Below the pieces are notes generated by a model. It saw only the letters and a list, made by a program, of their open reading frames with translations. It was not told the origin of the DNA and ran no database searches. From positions 4,314 to 68,313 of the forward strand of contig CAZRRO010000012.1 of assembly GCA_964602595.1 (NCBI GenBank): a stretch of DNA of 64,000 bases, given 5' to 3'. Positions 35,828 through 45,474 of this stretch are shown here, piece by piece. This DNA comes from an uncultured Verrucomicrobiota bacterium (GTDB lineage: Bacteria > Verrucomicrobiota > Verrucomicrobiia > Limisphaerales > UBA9464). Position 1 is the stretch's first letter, and each line of letters opens with the position of its first letter. The position numbers and the translations under genes were made by a program.

Positions 35828-36805
35828 GTGAAATCGGCGTTGCTCCGCTGGCCGGTCCATTCCAATCCTTCCGCCGTCCAAATGAAGTTCGTCGTCCGAA
35901 TCGCCATCTACCTGGTGCTGCTGGTGCTCGCGGGAGTCACCTTCTCCAAGTTCCGCGCAGCCTACCAGGGTGGGCCCACGCGAACCTTCGATGTCCGTGA
36001 TGGGGACAAGACGCCGCCGGCCGCGGTCGCCACCGAAACCAATGCGGTTCCGGGGGCAGCCGCCGCCGTCCTGACCAACGCCGTCGCGGGCGGGGAAACG
36101 AATGCCGTAGCCGAGATCACCACCAACGCCCCGGCGCCGGTCACCGAATCCGCGCCCCCGGCACCGGCGCCCGCCAAAAAGGCCGACAAATCGTCGGCCA
36201 TGCTCTATCTCGGCTGTTTCCTGGTGGCCGTCCTCGGGATTGGGATCATGGGCGCTTGGGACATTGGCCAGATGATCGGTGGCCGTGCGGGGCGCTCGGT
36301 CATGGCGGAGGATTACACCGAACACAAGGATCCCGACTACGAGGCCGCCGAGGAGGAGTGGTCCAAGGGCAACCACCTTGATGCCGTCCGCATGCTGCGC
36401 GATTACTTGGAGCGCAATCCCAGCGAACAGCACGCCGCCATCCGCATCGCGGAGATTTACGAGAAGGACCTGGGCAATTACCTCGCCGCGGCCTTGGAAC
36501 TCGAGGAAGTGCTCCAGAAAAAGCTGCCCCGCGAAAAGTGGGGATGGACCGCGATCCGCCTTTCGAATCTCTACTCCGGCCGCCTCAACCAACCGGCCAA
36601 GGCGCTGGCCGTCCTGGATCGGATCGTTAACGACTACTCCGACACCTCGGCGGCCAAGAAGGCCCGCGAACGGCTGGGGATTCCCGAACCCACGCCCGAG
36701 GCGGTCGAGGAGGCCGCAGCGCCCGAGGAAACCGCCGAACCTCCCGCTCCGGAGCCGCCGCCCGACCAAGCGGCTTTGCCTAAGGGCTTCCGCAAACGGA
36801 AATAG
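35828..36805 (+). CDS. Membrane protein with TPR-like C-terminal domain
   Basis: Two TM segments; Ala/Pro-rich linker; TPR-like helices (AVRMLRDYLERNPSEQHAAIRIAEIYEKDLGNYLAAALELEEVL). The true start may be the MKFVV at 35882. Confidence 0.5.
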   Translation: MKSALLRWPVHSNPSAVQMKFVVRIAIYLVLLVLAGVTFSKFRAAYQGGPTRTFDVRDGDKTPPAAVATETNAVPGAAAAVLTNAVAGGETNAVAEITTNAPAPVTESAPPAPAPAKKADKSSAMLYLGCFLVAVLGIGIMGAWDIGQMIGGRAGRSVMAEDYTEHKDPDYEAAEEEWSKGNHLDAVRMLRDYLERNPSEQHAAIRIAEIYEKDLGNYLAAALELEEVLQKKLPREKWGWTAIRLSNLYSGRLNQPAKALAVLDRIVNDYSDTSAAKKARERLGIPEPTPEAVEEAAAPEETAEPPAPEPPPDQAALPKGFRKRK

Positions 36806-36807
36806 CC

Positions 36808-37254
36808 TCAGTCGGAAGCCAAGTCCGCGTCGGTCCGCCACCGTCCGAGTTCCTCAAGGTAGGCTTGGGGAAAGTGGTGTCCTTTGGCGGCTGCGATCAC
36901 GTCTTCGAGATAGCCGGGCATGGGATCGCCCGGCTCGGCGTCATTCATCGAGTAAACCATGGCATTCACACTGCCGCCCGTGGGCAGTTCCGCGGCCAGT
37001 TGGATCTTGGAGTAAAGTCCCTCCGCCGTGCCTTCGTAGGCGTCGAGCCGGGCTTCGTCTTGGGCGGTCAAATCCCAGAGCAAACCATGCACGGCCGCGC
37101 CCGCTTCCGGGACCACCGTGGCATAGCCATGCCGGGTGATCCGGAACCGCCACCCCCGGAGCACGGCGGGCCCCAAGGGTTTCGACGCGGGGCATCGTTC
37201 CCGCATCTGTGCGAGGTCCATGTTGGAGCCAAAGGCGAAGTTGATCGTCCCCAC
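36808..37254 (-). CDS. Gamma-glutamylcyclotransferase (AIG2/GGCT-like) family protein
   Basis: INFAFGSNMDLAQM (YGSLM-type motif) and GGCT fold signature. GTG start. Confidence 0.7.
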   Translation of the reverse strand: MGTINFAFGSNMDLAQMRERCPASKPLGPAVLRGWRFRITRHGYATVVPEAGAAVHGLLWDLTAQDEARLDAYEGTAEGLYSKIQLAAELPTGGSVNAMVYSMNDAEPGDPMPGYLEDVIAAAKGHHFPQAYLEELGRWRTDADLASD

Positions 37255-37261
37255 GGAAAAA

Positions 37262-37292
37262 GAAAAACCCGGCCGAGGCCGGGTGTCACTAA
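37262..37292 (-). terminator. Rho-independent terminator downstream of the lectin gene
   Basis: Minus strand: cacccggcctcggccgggtttttctttttcc. A GC hairpin with a T-run, 17 nt after the lectin stop. Confidence 0.45.
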
Positions 37293-37308
37293 TCTGTTTT
37301 GGACGGGT

Positions 37309-37867
37309 TTAGAGGCGGGCACGGCGGGCACGCCAGAGGCCTAATGCGAGGATCGCCGTGCCACCTACCGCCGCGGCATGGCTGGCCTCGGGAACTTCGG
37401 CGGGATTGTTCACGGATTCGAAAATGGCCTGATTCATGGTTCCCTCACTGTTATCAGGTAAGTCGTTCCAGCTGATTCCAGACCAATTAATTACCGTGGC
37501 GTCTTCGCCACCAGCATCATTGGGTTCGCCGTCGGCCCAGTTGATGTAACTCACCGGACTGCCATCGGTCCAAACGAAGTTTCCTTCGGAAGCAATGTCG
37601 TTGTAACCGATCCATGCATACTGCTCGGGGACGAGATTGGCAACGAAGGTCTCCTCAGCCGCGCTGCCCAAGCTCGCCAAATTGTAGCCCAATCCAACGG
37701 CCAAGGTGTTCATCGCTTGCCAGCTGTCGGCATCTTGGCTGACGCCATACCAATGGTCGTTACCCCCGACGCCCGACGACCACTGATGCCAAACGGTAGG
37801 CGCCGTCGCTGCCCAACTAGTGATTCCGGCCAGCAGGCCGGCCCCGATGATGCGGATTTTTTTTCAT
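37309..37867 (-). CDS. Secreted C-type lectin domain protein with PEP-CTERM-like anchor; 5' end frameshifted by an A8 homopolymer (intact frame only 37309..37713)
   Basis: CTLD motifs WIGYNDIASEGNFVWTDGSPVSYINWADGEPNDAGGED. C-terminus NPAEVPEASHAAAVGGTAILALGLWRARRARL. The upstream -1 frame encodes a perfect signal peptide, KKIRIIGAGLLAGITSWAATAPT, directly after ATG+A8. Confidence 0.6.
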
Positions 37868-38062
37868 GTGGAACTCCTTGCAAACTAAATATGGCTAGTT
37901 TCCGCAGCCGATGGTCAAGCCCATTTTGTCTTCGACAGCCAGCTTGCCCTGCCGGAGCGGCCTTCCTACCGTCCGCCTCCGTTCCGACTTCCGGCGATTG
38001 GCAGGCCGCTGAACATCACCTTTCCCTGTTTACTGAATACTGATCACTGACGCACTGAGACC

Positions 38063-39301
38063 ATGGCTTTCCTCAACGACAACTACCTCAAGCTCAAGGC
38101 CGGCTACCTTTTCCCCGAAATCGGCCGCCGCGTGAAGGCGTTCACCGACGCCAATCCGGACGCCGCCAGGCGCCTGATCCGCTGCGGCATCGGCGACGTG
38201 ACCGAGCCGCTGCCACCGGCCGTCATCGCCGCGATGCACGCCGCCGTGGACGAGATGGCCAGCCGCGCGACCTTCAAGGGCTACGGCCCTGAGCAGGGTT
38301 ACGAATGGCTCCGCGCCGCCATCGCCCAGAACGACTTCCGTGCCCACGGACTCGACGTGGCCGACGACGAGATCTTTGTCAGCGACGGTTCGAAGTGCGA
38401 CTGCGGCGCCATCCTCGACATCCTTGGTGACCAGAACCGCCTCGCCATCAGCGACCCGGTCTATCCCGTCTATGTGGACACCAACGTCATGGCTGGCCAC
38501 ACGGGCGAAGCCGACGAATCCGGCGCCTACGCGGGCATCACCTACCTGCCGTGCACGGCGCAGAACGGCTTCATCCCCGAGCCGCCGGCCGGGAAGGTGG
38601 ACGTCATCTACCTGTGCTCGCCCAACAATCCCACCGGCGCCGCCGCCACCCGGCCGCAGTTGGAGGCGTGGGTGAAGTATGCGCTGGCGAACCAGGCCAT
38701 CATCCTGTTCGACGCCGCCTACGAGGCCTACATCACCGAGCCGGGCATCCCGCACTCGATCTACGAGATTCCGGGCGCCCGTGAGTGCGCGATCGAGTTC
38801 CGCAGCTTCTCCAAGAACGGCGGCTTCACCGGCACTCGCTGCGCGTTCACCGTCGTGCCCAAGACGCTCCTGGCCAGCACCGCGAAGGGCGAACGCAAGC
38901 CGTTGCACCCGCTTTGGTCGCGCCGCATGACAACGAAGTTCAACGGCGTCTCCTACCTCGTGCAGCGCGCCGCGGCGGCGCTCTACACGCCGGAGGGCAA
39001 GGCGCAGGTCCAGGCGCTCATCGAGCATTACCTCGGCAATGCCCGCGTGCTGGTCGCCGGGGCCAAGGCGGCGGGCCTGACCGTGTTCGGCGGCGTGAAT
39101 GCGCCCTACATTTGGGTCGGCGCGCCGGCCGGGTTCACCAGCTGGCAGGCCTTCGACAAGATTCTGCACGAGGCCAACGTGGTCATCACCCCCGGCAGCG
39201 GCTTCGGCTCGAAGGGCGAGGGCTACTTCCGCGTGAGCGCCTTCAACAGCCGCGCCAACGCCGAGGAAGTCGCGAGGCGGATTCAGGCGCTGAAGTGGTA
39301 G
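38063..39301 (+). CDS. dapL: LL-diaminopimelate aminotransferase
   Basis: [20 protein letters not shown]...[19 protein letters not shown] are DapL-specific motifs; 412 aa. Confidence 0.9.
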   Translation: MAFLNDNYLKLKAGYLFPEIGRRVKAFTDANPDAARRLIRCGIGDVTEPLPPAVIAAMHAAVDEMASRATFKGYGPEQGYEWLRAAIAQNDFRAHGLDVADDEIFVSDGSKCDCGAILDILGDQNRLAISDPVYPVYVDTNVMAGHTGEADESGAYAGITYLPCTAQNGFIPEPPAGKVDVIYLCSPNNPTGAAATRPQLEAWVKYALANQAIILFDAAYEAYITEPGIPHSIYEIPGARECAIEFRSFSKNGGFTGTRCAFTVVPKTLLASTAKGERKPLHPLWSRRMTTKFNGVSYLVQRAAAALYTPEGKAQVQALIEHYLGNARVLVAGAKAAGLTVFGGVNAPYIWVGAPAGFTSWQAFDKILHEANVVITPGSGFGSKGEGYFRVSAFNSRANAEEVARRIQALKW

Positions 39302-39439
39302 GGTTGCCCCTCCGGATCGGTATCTCGGAATTGAACTTGGCTACATGCCCCGAGATTCCCGGCCGATCCCTGAAGAATACTGATTCCTTTCACGTCGGCT
39401 GCCGCGATGGCAAGGTCCCCTCAATGTGAAGGAGTCCCG

Positions 39440-40798
39440 ATGACGGTTGATTCGCCCCCACGGCGCTGGACGAAGATGCGGATTGCCTTGCTCGGGGGCG
39501 GGCTCCTCCTTCCGGCATTGGTTGGTTTGGCGGTAATCTTCGAGCTACGTGCGAAGTCGGAGCAGGCCGAGATAGACCGACGCCTCGACGCGATTCGGGC
39601 GGCTGGGGAACCCGTTTCGATCGCAGAAATTGAGGCTCGCAGTCCGAAGAAGAGCCCCGAGAAGGAGGTCGGCGTGCTTCTCGCGCCCGGACTGGCACTC
39701 CTCAGGAAACCCAACGCAATCCGTTTCCTTCTGGACTTGCCGGTCGGATTCATTCAGCCGGAACACCGGGACGAGCTGGCCTCCCTTATCGAGGAGAACC
39801 AGCCCGCGATGGACCTCGTGCCCACGTCGCTGAACGGCTGCTGGGCCGCCCCAAAACAGTGGTCGGACCCGAAAGGCAAACTCCTCGGCAAATTGTGCTG
39901 GAGGAGTGCCTTGGCCCTTGCGGAAAGCGGACGCTTTGAAGCCGCGGTGAAACGCATGAGTCAGGGAGCGACCATATCCCAAATGCTTTCCCTTTCCCGC
40001 CGGTTCGATTTCGAACTGGTGGAACAAGGGCTTCAAACCTTGGAGCTGATCCTCAGCCGAACGGATCCGCCGCCGGAGTGTCTGAAGGAGTTTGAGTCGC
40101 TGTTGGTGCGCCTTGAGCCATCCTTGCTGAGTCGCTCGGAGCTGATCGAGGATCGCGCCCAAGTCATCGAAACGCTTCAGGAGGTGAGAGAGGATACGGT
40201 CGGATACCTCACGAAGGTTTGGGCCATGCCTCTATGGATGGCGTCCCCAAAGTTTCCTTCATGGCTCGACCCGCTGGCAGCCGAGTTAGGACCGTTGTTG
40301 GTGCAGTGGTCGTCGGAAGGTTATCGGGATCGTGATTTTGTCGAGCTGCTCAACCATTGGGCACGCAACATCGAAGCCTTGGATCAGCCGCCTTTGGCCC
40401 GTTGGGAGGCGTTGAGGGCGATTTCTGAGCTGGCCGAAACGCGAAGGCTGCGCTGTGTTGCTTGGACCGTTGGCTGGTGTGACTGCTATGTTCTCGCCAA
40501 GGAGACTAGCCGAGGATCCGCCCAGTCGCGTGCGGCACGGGTTGCGCTATCGGTCCTGCGCTGGCGCGCAGCCCACGACGGCAAACTTCCCGACTCTCTC
40601 GCCGAACTGGTGCCCGACACGCTGCCGGCCATTCCCGAAGATCCGTTCGACGAACAACCGCTGCGTTACCGCCGGCTGCCGCAGGGCTTCACCGTTTACA
40701 GCGTCGGCCCCGACTTCACCGACAACGGCGGCCGGCGCCAGCCCGCCGGGACGGAGAAGGCGGACGGCTACGACGTGGTATTCACCGTGGAGCGATAA
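39440..40798 (+). CDS. Hypothetical membrane-anchored protein with pseudopilin(GspG)-like C-terminal motif
   Basis: N-terminal TM MRIALLGGGLLLPALVGLAVIF. The C-terminus LPAIPEDPFDEQPLRYRRLPQGFTVYSVGPDFTDNGG resembles the GspG/T4 pseudopilin tail (DPWG..Y.Y...G..F.L.S.G.DG..G). Start is uncertain. Confidence 0.5.
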   Translation: MTVDSPPRRWTKMRIALLGGGLLLPALVGLAVIFELRAKSEQAEIDRRLDAIRAAGEPVSIAEIEARSPKKSPEKEVGVLLAPGLALLRKPNAIRFLLDLPVGFIQPEHRDELASLIEENQPAMDLVPTSLNGCWAAPKQWSDPKGKLLGKLCWRSALALAESGRFEAAVKRMSQGATISQMLSLSRRFDFELVEQGLQTLELILSRTDPPPECLKEFESLLVRLEPSLLSRSELIEDRAQVIETLQEVREDTVGYLTKVWAMPLWMASPKFPSWLDPLAAELGPLLVQWSSEGYRDRDFVELLNHWARNIEALDQPPLARWEALRAISELAETRRLRCVAWTVGWCDCYVLAKETSRGSAQSRAARVALSVLRWRAAHDGKLPDSLAELVPDTLPAIPEDPFDEQPLRYRRLPQGFTVYSVGPDFTDNGGRRQPAGTEKADGYDVVFTVER

Positions 40799-40848
40799 GG
40801 CTTGGGTAGGATTCAACCGGCGTTACGAAACCCCGCACGCGCGGTCCG

Positions 40849-40983
40849 TAGCGCAGATTGGCAATTTGCCGTTTCGCCGACTGGCAGTCGGCAGGCGTCG
40901 CCGCTAACACCAGCCAGGTGAACGAAGCCCAACCCCAGCGGGCTGGCCGCCCGCGACACAGCAGATTGGCAATCTGCGCTACC
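40849..40983. promoter_or_regulatory. Two copies of a 17-bp palindrome GCAGATTG-G-CAATCTGC plus further short palindromes, upstream of orf92-HNH
   Basis: gcagattggcaatttgc at 40854-40870 (1 mismatch) and gcagattggcaatctgc at 40961-40977 (perfect). Also cgactggcagtcg, ccagcgggctgg and gtggaacgtttccac. Confidence 0.35.
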
Positions 40984-41080
40984 TGTTTACCCCAGCTCGA
41001 CACCGAAGTGTGGGTGGAACGTTTCCACCCCAGCAAACCCGGCTCTGGCCAGTGGCGTTGGCCTATGCCAGTCTTCCGTC

Positions 41081-41359
41081 ATGAGTTCGGATGCGCTCAC
41101 GCTGCAAACGATGGAACGGCTGCTGGTCGAATCGTTCGCCCAGATTCTGACGCCGGACCGGGCTCGCCTGATCCTTGGCCTGCGGGCGGGTGAGGTAGAG
41201 CAATCCCGCGTGGACGAACTCGCGGCCAAGTCCTGTCGGGGAGAGCTTTCTGCCGAGGAACGGGCGGAATACGACGGATATATCCGCTTCGGCATCCGCA
41301 TTGGCGTGCTTCAGGCCAAGGCCCGCCGGTTCTTGGCGGACGCTGGTCAGGCGGAATGA
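41081..41359 (+). CDS. Hypothetical 92-aa protein translationally coupled to HNH endonuclease
   Basis: Good codon bias. Its stop overlaps the HNH start (gcggaATGAcc). Mostly helical and acidic. Confidence 0.5.
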   Translation: MSSDALTLQTMERLLVESFAQILTPDRARLILGLRAGEVEQSRVDELAAKSCRGELSAEERAEYDGYIRFGIRIGVLQAKARRFLADAGQAE

Positions 41360-41754
41360 CCGCCGAGCTGCGAGAATCGGTCCGGAGCCGCGCGCAGTTC
41401 CGCTGCGAATACTGTCGGCTGCCGGAACGCCTGTTGCCCTACCACCGATTTGAGGCCGACCACATCCGGCCGGAGAAGTTCGACGGAACCTCCACTCTCG
41501 AAAATTTGGCATGGTCCTGCCTGCATTGTAATCGCCACAAAGGTCCGCTGGTGGCGGGGCATGATCCCGATTCCCCGGAGGTCATCCGCCTGTTCAACCC
41601 GCGAATAGACCGGTGGGAAGAGCACTTCCGGTATCTGGCTCCCCGAATCGAAGGGGTTTCGGCGATTGGGCGGACCACGGTTTGGGCGTTGGAGATGAAC
41701 GCGTCCGAATACGTCGAGCTGCGGCGCGAACTGGGAACGGACTTCACGACTTGA
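41356..41754 (+). CDS. HNH endonuclease (small, Zn-finger-containing)
   Basis: CEYCRLPE...HRFEADHIRPEKFDGTSTLENLAWSCLHCNRHKG matches CxxC...HxxH...N...CxxC. Confidence 0.75.
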   Translation: MTAELRESVRSRAQFRCEYCRLPERLLPYHRFEADHIRPEKFDGTSTLENLAWSCLHCNRHKGPLVAGHDPDSPEVIRLFNPRIDRWEEHFRYLAPRIEGVSAIGRTTVWALEMNASEYVELRRELGTDFTT

Positions 41755-42953
41755 ACGAATCGCCGCTCGCAGGATCCCCATCCGTGGATACGCGCCGCCC
41801 ATCGCTGCTGCTGCTGGTCATCATCTATTTCGGCTTCTTCAGCCTGGGGTTGCCGGACGGATCGTTCGGCGTCGCGTGGCCGGCGATGCATCCTGAGCTC
41901 GGGCTTCCCATTGGCCTCGCGGGCACCATCACCACGGTCGTGACGCTGCTGTCCGCATTGTCTGGCTTCGCCGGCGGAGCGGTCATCGCCCGGTTTCGCA
42001 CCGGGCCGGTCGCGTTGGTCAGCTGCGCCCTCACCGGACTGGCCCTGCTCGCCTTCGCCCAGGCGCGGGGTGCGGCCTGGCTGTTTGTCGCGGCGGTGCC
42101 GCTCGGTTTGGGCGCCGGGGCGGTGGACACGGGACTTAACGGCTTCGTGGCCCGCCATTACAGCGCGCGGCACATGAACTGGCTCCACGCGTGCTGGGGC
42201 GGCGGCGCCCTGTGCGGACCGCTGATCATGGGTTCCGCCCTCGCCGGTGCAGGCGGCTGGCGAGACGGCTACCGGCTGATCGGGGCGACCCAATTGACGC
42301 TGGCCGTGGTCCTCCTACTGTCGCTCCGGCTGTGGCGGATTGTGCCGGAATTGTCGCAGGCGGAAACACCGGAAGGGAATTCCGGACGGCGGCCAACGCT
42401 GTCGTCGGGTTCGTCGGCCGGCTGGCTCTCGGCGGGGCTCTTCGTGATTTACGCGGCGGTCGAGGGGACGGTGGGCGTTTGGGTCGGATCCATTCTCGTG
42501 TCCGGTCGCGGCTTTTCCGCGACCACGGCGGCGCTGGCGACCGCCACGTATTACGGTGCGATCACCTTGGGCCGGGTGCTCATCGGTTTTGTGGTCAACC
42601 GGTGGGGCAACCGCCGTCTGGTCAACGCGGGGGCGGGGCTGGCGCTGGCCGGGTGCGCGTTGTTCGCAGTCAGCTCGTCCCCGGGGCTGGCGACGGCGGC
42701 GCTGCTGGTGACCGGCTTGGGCTTTGCCCCGGTCTATCCCTGCCTGATGCACGAGGTGCCCAACCGGTTCGCGCCCGAGGCCGCGCCGGTGGTGATCGGC
42801 CGGCAGTCCGGGGCCGCCTACCTCGGTGCGGCTTTTCTGCCGGCCGTCGCCGGCCTGCTGGCGGCGCACGCGATCACGGGGATTCCCTGGCTGGTCGCCG
42901 GCGGGATTGTGGCACTGATGGTGGGCATCCGGGCGTTGGACCGGATGAGCTAA
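41751..42953 (+). CDS. MFS transporter
   Basis: 12-TM profile with an MFS loop motif (GAVIARFRTGPV, GFVARHYSARHM). The likely start is a TTG/GTG near 41751-41781, since the ORF-track N-terminus overlaps the HNH gene. Confidence 0.75.
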   Translation: MNESPLAGSPSVDTRRPSLLLLVIIYFGFFSLGLPDGSFGVAWPAMHPELGLPIGLAGTITTVVTLLSALSGFAGGAVIARFRTGPVALVSCALTGLALLAFAQARGAAWLFVAAVPLGLGAGAVDTGLNGFVARHYSARHMNWLHACWGGGALCGPLIMGSALAGAGGWRDGYRLIGATQLTLAVVLLLSLRLWRIVPELSQAETPEGNSGRRPTLSSGSSAGWLSAGLFVIYAAVEGTVGVWVGSILVSGRGFSATTAALATATYYGAITLGRVLIGFVVNRWGNRRLVNAGAGLALAGCALFAVSSSPGLATAALLVTGLGFAPVYPCLMHEVPNRFAPEAAPVVIGRQSGAAYLGAAFLPAVAGLLAAHAITGIPWLVAGGIVALMVGIRALDRMS

Positions 42954-42969
42954 GCCGGCGGGCGCTGGA

Positions 42970-45474
42970 TCACCCCTCCCGCCGCAGGATTTCCAGCGGG
43001 GGTTCGTCGGCGATGCCGCGGCTGGTGGCGAGGCCGACGAGCACGGTGACGGTCGTGACGGCGAATACCGCGACGACCAGGGGGAGCACGGCGACGACGT
43101 AGTCGGCCTTGAACGCGAACTTCGCCAGCGCCCAGCTCGAACCCACGGACAGCACCACGCCGGTCAGTGCGGCGAGCAGGCCGAGCGCGAAGTATTCCGC
43201 GAAAAGGATACGCCGGATCTGGGCGCGGGTGGCGCCCAGCGTGCGGAGCAGGATGCTTTCTTGCACGCGTTGCCAGCGACCGGTCAGCACCGCGCCGGCC
43301 AGCACGATCAGGCCGGTCGCGACGGTGAACAGCGCCATGAAGCGGATCACGAAACCCACCTTGGTCAGGATGCCGTCGAGCGTCTGGAGCACGAGCGTGA
43401 GGTCGATGGCGCTGACGTTCGGGAAGGCCCGCACCAGCTCGCGCTGCATGCGGGCGGATTCGCCGGCGTTGGCCACCCGTGTCGCGAGGACGTGCATGGC
43501 GGGGGCCGCTTCGAGCGAACCGCCCGGGAAGACCACGAAGAAGTTCGGCCGCACCTGCCGCCAGTCTACCTTGCGCAGGCTGGCGACGCGGGTGGCCAAC
43601 GGGATCCCTTGCACGTCCCAGACGAGTTCGTCGCCGACGGTTACCTTGAGGTCGCGGGCAATGCCGTCCTCGACCGAGACGGGGATCGGCGCTTCCGGAT
43701 TGGCGGTGGCGGCGGTGAACTGGCCGATGAACTGGCCGGCGGTGACCTCCTCACTGTCGGTCAGGTTGGTGCGCCAAGTGGAGCGGAACTCGCGTTTCAG
43801 CACCCAGCCGGGGATGTCGGCGGTCCGGTTCGTCGCGAGCTGTTCCACGCCGACGCCTTTCACGGTGGCCAGCCGCATCGTGATGATGGGCGCTTCTTCC
43901 AAGACGGGCAGCGACTGGGCCTTCAGCAACGCGACCACGCCGTCGCGCTGGTCGGGCTGGATGTCGAAGAGGATGGCGTTGGGCTGGCTCGCCTGGTTGG
44001 GCGGGAACAGGGAGGTTAGCAGCACGTCGCGCGTGAGGTGGAGCGTGAGGATGAGGAACGTCCCGAGGCCGATGGCGACGAGCAGCAGGCCGGTGCGGTT
44101 CTGCGGTCGGTGCAGATTGGCGAGGCCCTGGCGCCACGCGAAGGGCAGGGAAGGTGGCGTCAGGCGGCGCGCGCTCCACGCGATGAGTCGGGCCATGCCG
44201 GCGAGGATAAGGAAGGCGAGCCCGAGGCCGCCGGCGAAGGCGAGCCCTTCCCACCAGCGGCGGGTCTGGAACGAGGCGAAGCCGGCCACGCCCAGGGCGA
44301 TCAGACCGAACAGCACCCAACGCAGTGGGTCGTGCCGGGGTGGTTCGTAGGCCACGCGGATGGCCGCAAGCGGTGGCACGCGCCGGACGTCGAGCAGCGG
44401 CAGGAGCGCGAACAGCAGGCACAGGACAAAACCGATGCCGGCGGCGACCAGCGCGGCCCACCAGTCGAAGTGGGCGGTGAACTCGAACGGCACGAAGCTG
44501 CTCACCAAGGCCGGCAGTTGTTGCGCGACCACGGCCCCGACGACGATGCCGGCGGCAGTCCCGACGGCCCCGAGGGCGAGTCCCTGCGCCAGGTAGATCG
44601 CGAAGGTCTGCGGCAGCGAGCAGCCCAGGCAACGCAGCACGGCGACGTTGGCGAGCTTTTGCCGGACATGGACGTGGATCGCGCTAGCGATGCCAACGGC
44701 GCCGAGCAGCAGGGCGATAAGCGCGACCAGGTTCAGGAAGCGATACAGGTTCTCCAGCGCCCGCCCGAGGTCCTGCTGGCGTTCCTTCACGGTGTCCGTG
44801 CTCAGGCGGAGGCGCTCGAACTCGGGCTTCAGGTCCGTGCGCAGCTTTTCCGGGTCCACGCCGGCAGGCAGGCGGAACATCACCCGATAGCGGGCGAGAC
44901 TCTTGGCGCCGACCAAGCCCGTGGCGGGCAGGTCTCCGGCGCTCAGGTAAACGCGCGGCGCAATCGTGGAAAACGCCACGGTGTCGCCGGGCACGCGGCG
45001 CAGGGAACCAAGGATGCGGAAGCTCGCCAAACCCAGCCTGACCGTGTTGCCAACCTTCGCGTCGAATTGGTGCAGCACGCCCTCCTCCACCAGGACGCCG
45101 CCGCCGCGCCGGAATTCCGTGCTCGCCCCGCGTGGTTCGGTTTCGAGTTCGCCATAGAAGGGAAAGTCGCCATCAAGCGCCCGGGCGTTCACGAGCCGGG
45201 TGCCGTTCGTCAGCGAGAGCATCGTCGAGAAGCTGGTTTCCCGGGCCTGTTCGCCGCCGATGCGGGTGAAGAGGGACTCCATCTCCAGGGTGAGTGCCGT
45301 GCGGGACGCCACCACGAGGTCGGCGCCGAGCAACGCCTTGGCTTGCTGGCCGATGGCCTGTTCGAGGTTCCGGCCCAGCGAGCCGATGCCGACCAGGGCC
45401 GCGATGCCGAGCGAGATGCTCGACGAGAACAGCAGCAGGCGCCGCCGCGACGAGCGCGAATCACGCCACGCCAT
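42970..45474 (-). CDS. ABC transporter permease with two FtsX domains (YbbP/MacB-like)
   Basis: ~835 aa with two 4-TM FtsX modules separated by large periplasmic domains. Start is assigned to MAWRDS. No cognate ATPase is adjacent. Confidence 0.8.
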   Translation of the reverse strand: MAWRDSRSSRRRLLLFSSSISLGIAALVGIGSLGRNLEQAIGQQAKALLGADLVVASRTALTLEMESLFTRIGGEQARETSFSTMLSLTNGTRLVNARALDGDFPFYGELETEPRGASTEFRRGGGVLVEEGVLHQFDAKVGNTVRLGLASFRILGSLRRVPGDTVAFSTIAPRVYLSAGDLPATGLVGAKSLARYRVMFRLPAGVDPEKLRTDLKPEFERLRLSTDTVKERQQDLGRALENLYRFLNLVALIALLLGAVGIASAIHVHVRQKLANVAVLRCLGCSLPQTFAIYLAQGLALGAVGTAAGIVVGAVVAQQLPALVSSFVPFEFTAHFDWWAALVAAGIGFVLCLLFALLPLLDVRRVPPLAAIRVAYEPPRHDPLRWVLFGLIALGVAGFASFQTRRWWEGLAFAGGLGLAFLILAGMARLIAWSARRLTPPSLPFAWRQGLANLHRPQNRTGLLLVAIGLGTFLILTLHLTRDVLLTSLFPPNQASQPNAILFDIQPDQRDGVVALLKAQSLPVLEEAPIITMRLATVKGVGVEQLATNRTADIPGWVLKREFRSTWRTNLTDSEEVTAGQFIGQFTAATANPEAPIPVSVEDGIARDLKVTVGDELVWDVQGIPLATRVASLRKVDWRQVRPNFFVVFPGGSLEAAPAMHVLATRVANAGESARMQRELVRAFPNVSAIDLTLVLQTLDGILTKVGFVIRFMALFTVATGLIVLAGAVLTGRWQRVQESILLRTLGATRAQIRRILFAEYFALGLLAALTGVVLSVGSSWALAKFAFKADYVVAVLPLVVAVFAVTTVTVLVGLATSRGIADEPPLEILRREG

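Noticed and set aside
35741-36841. 366-aa minus ORF
   Set aside because: Antisense to the TPR membrane protein gene and overlapping the DMGDH 3' end; Gly/Arg low complexity.
38030-39169. 379-aa minus ORF
   Set aside because: Antisense to dapL.
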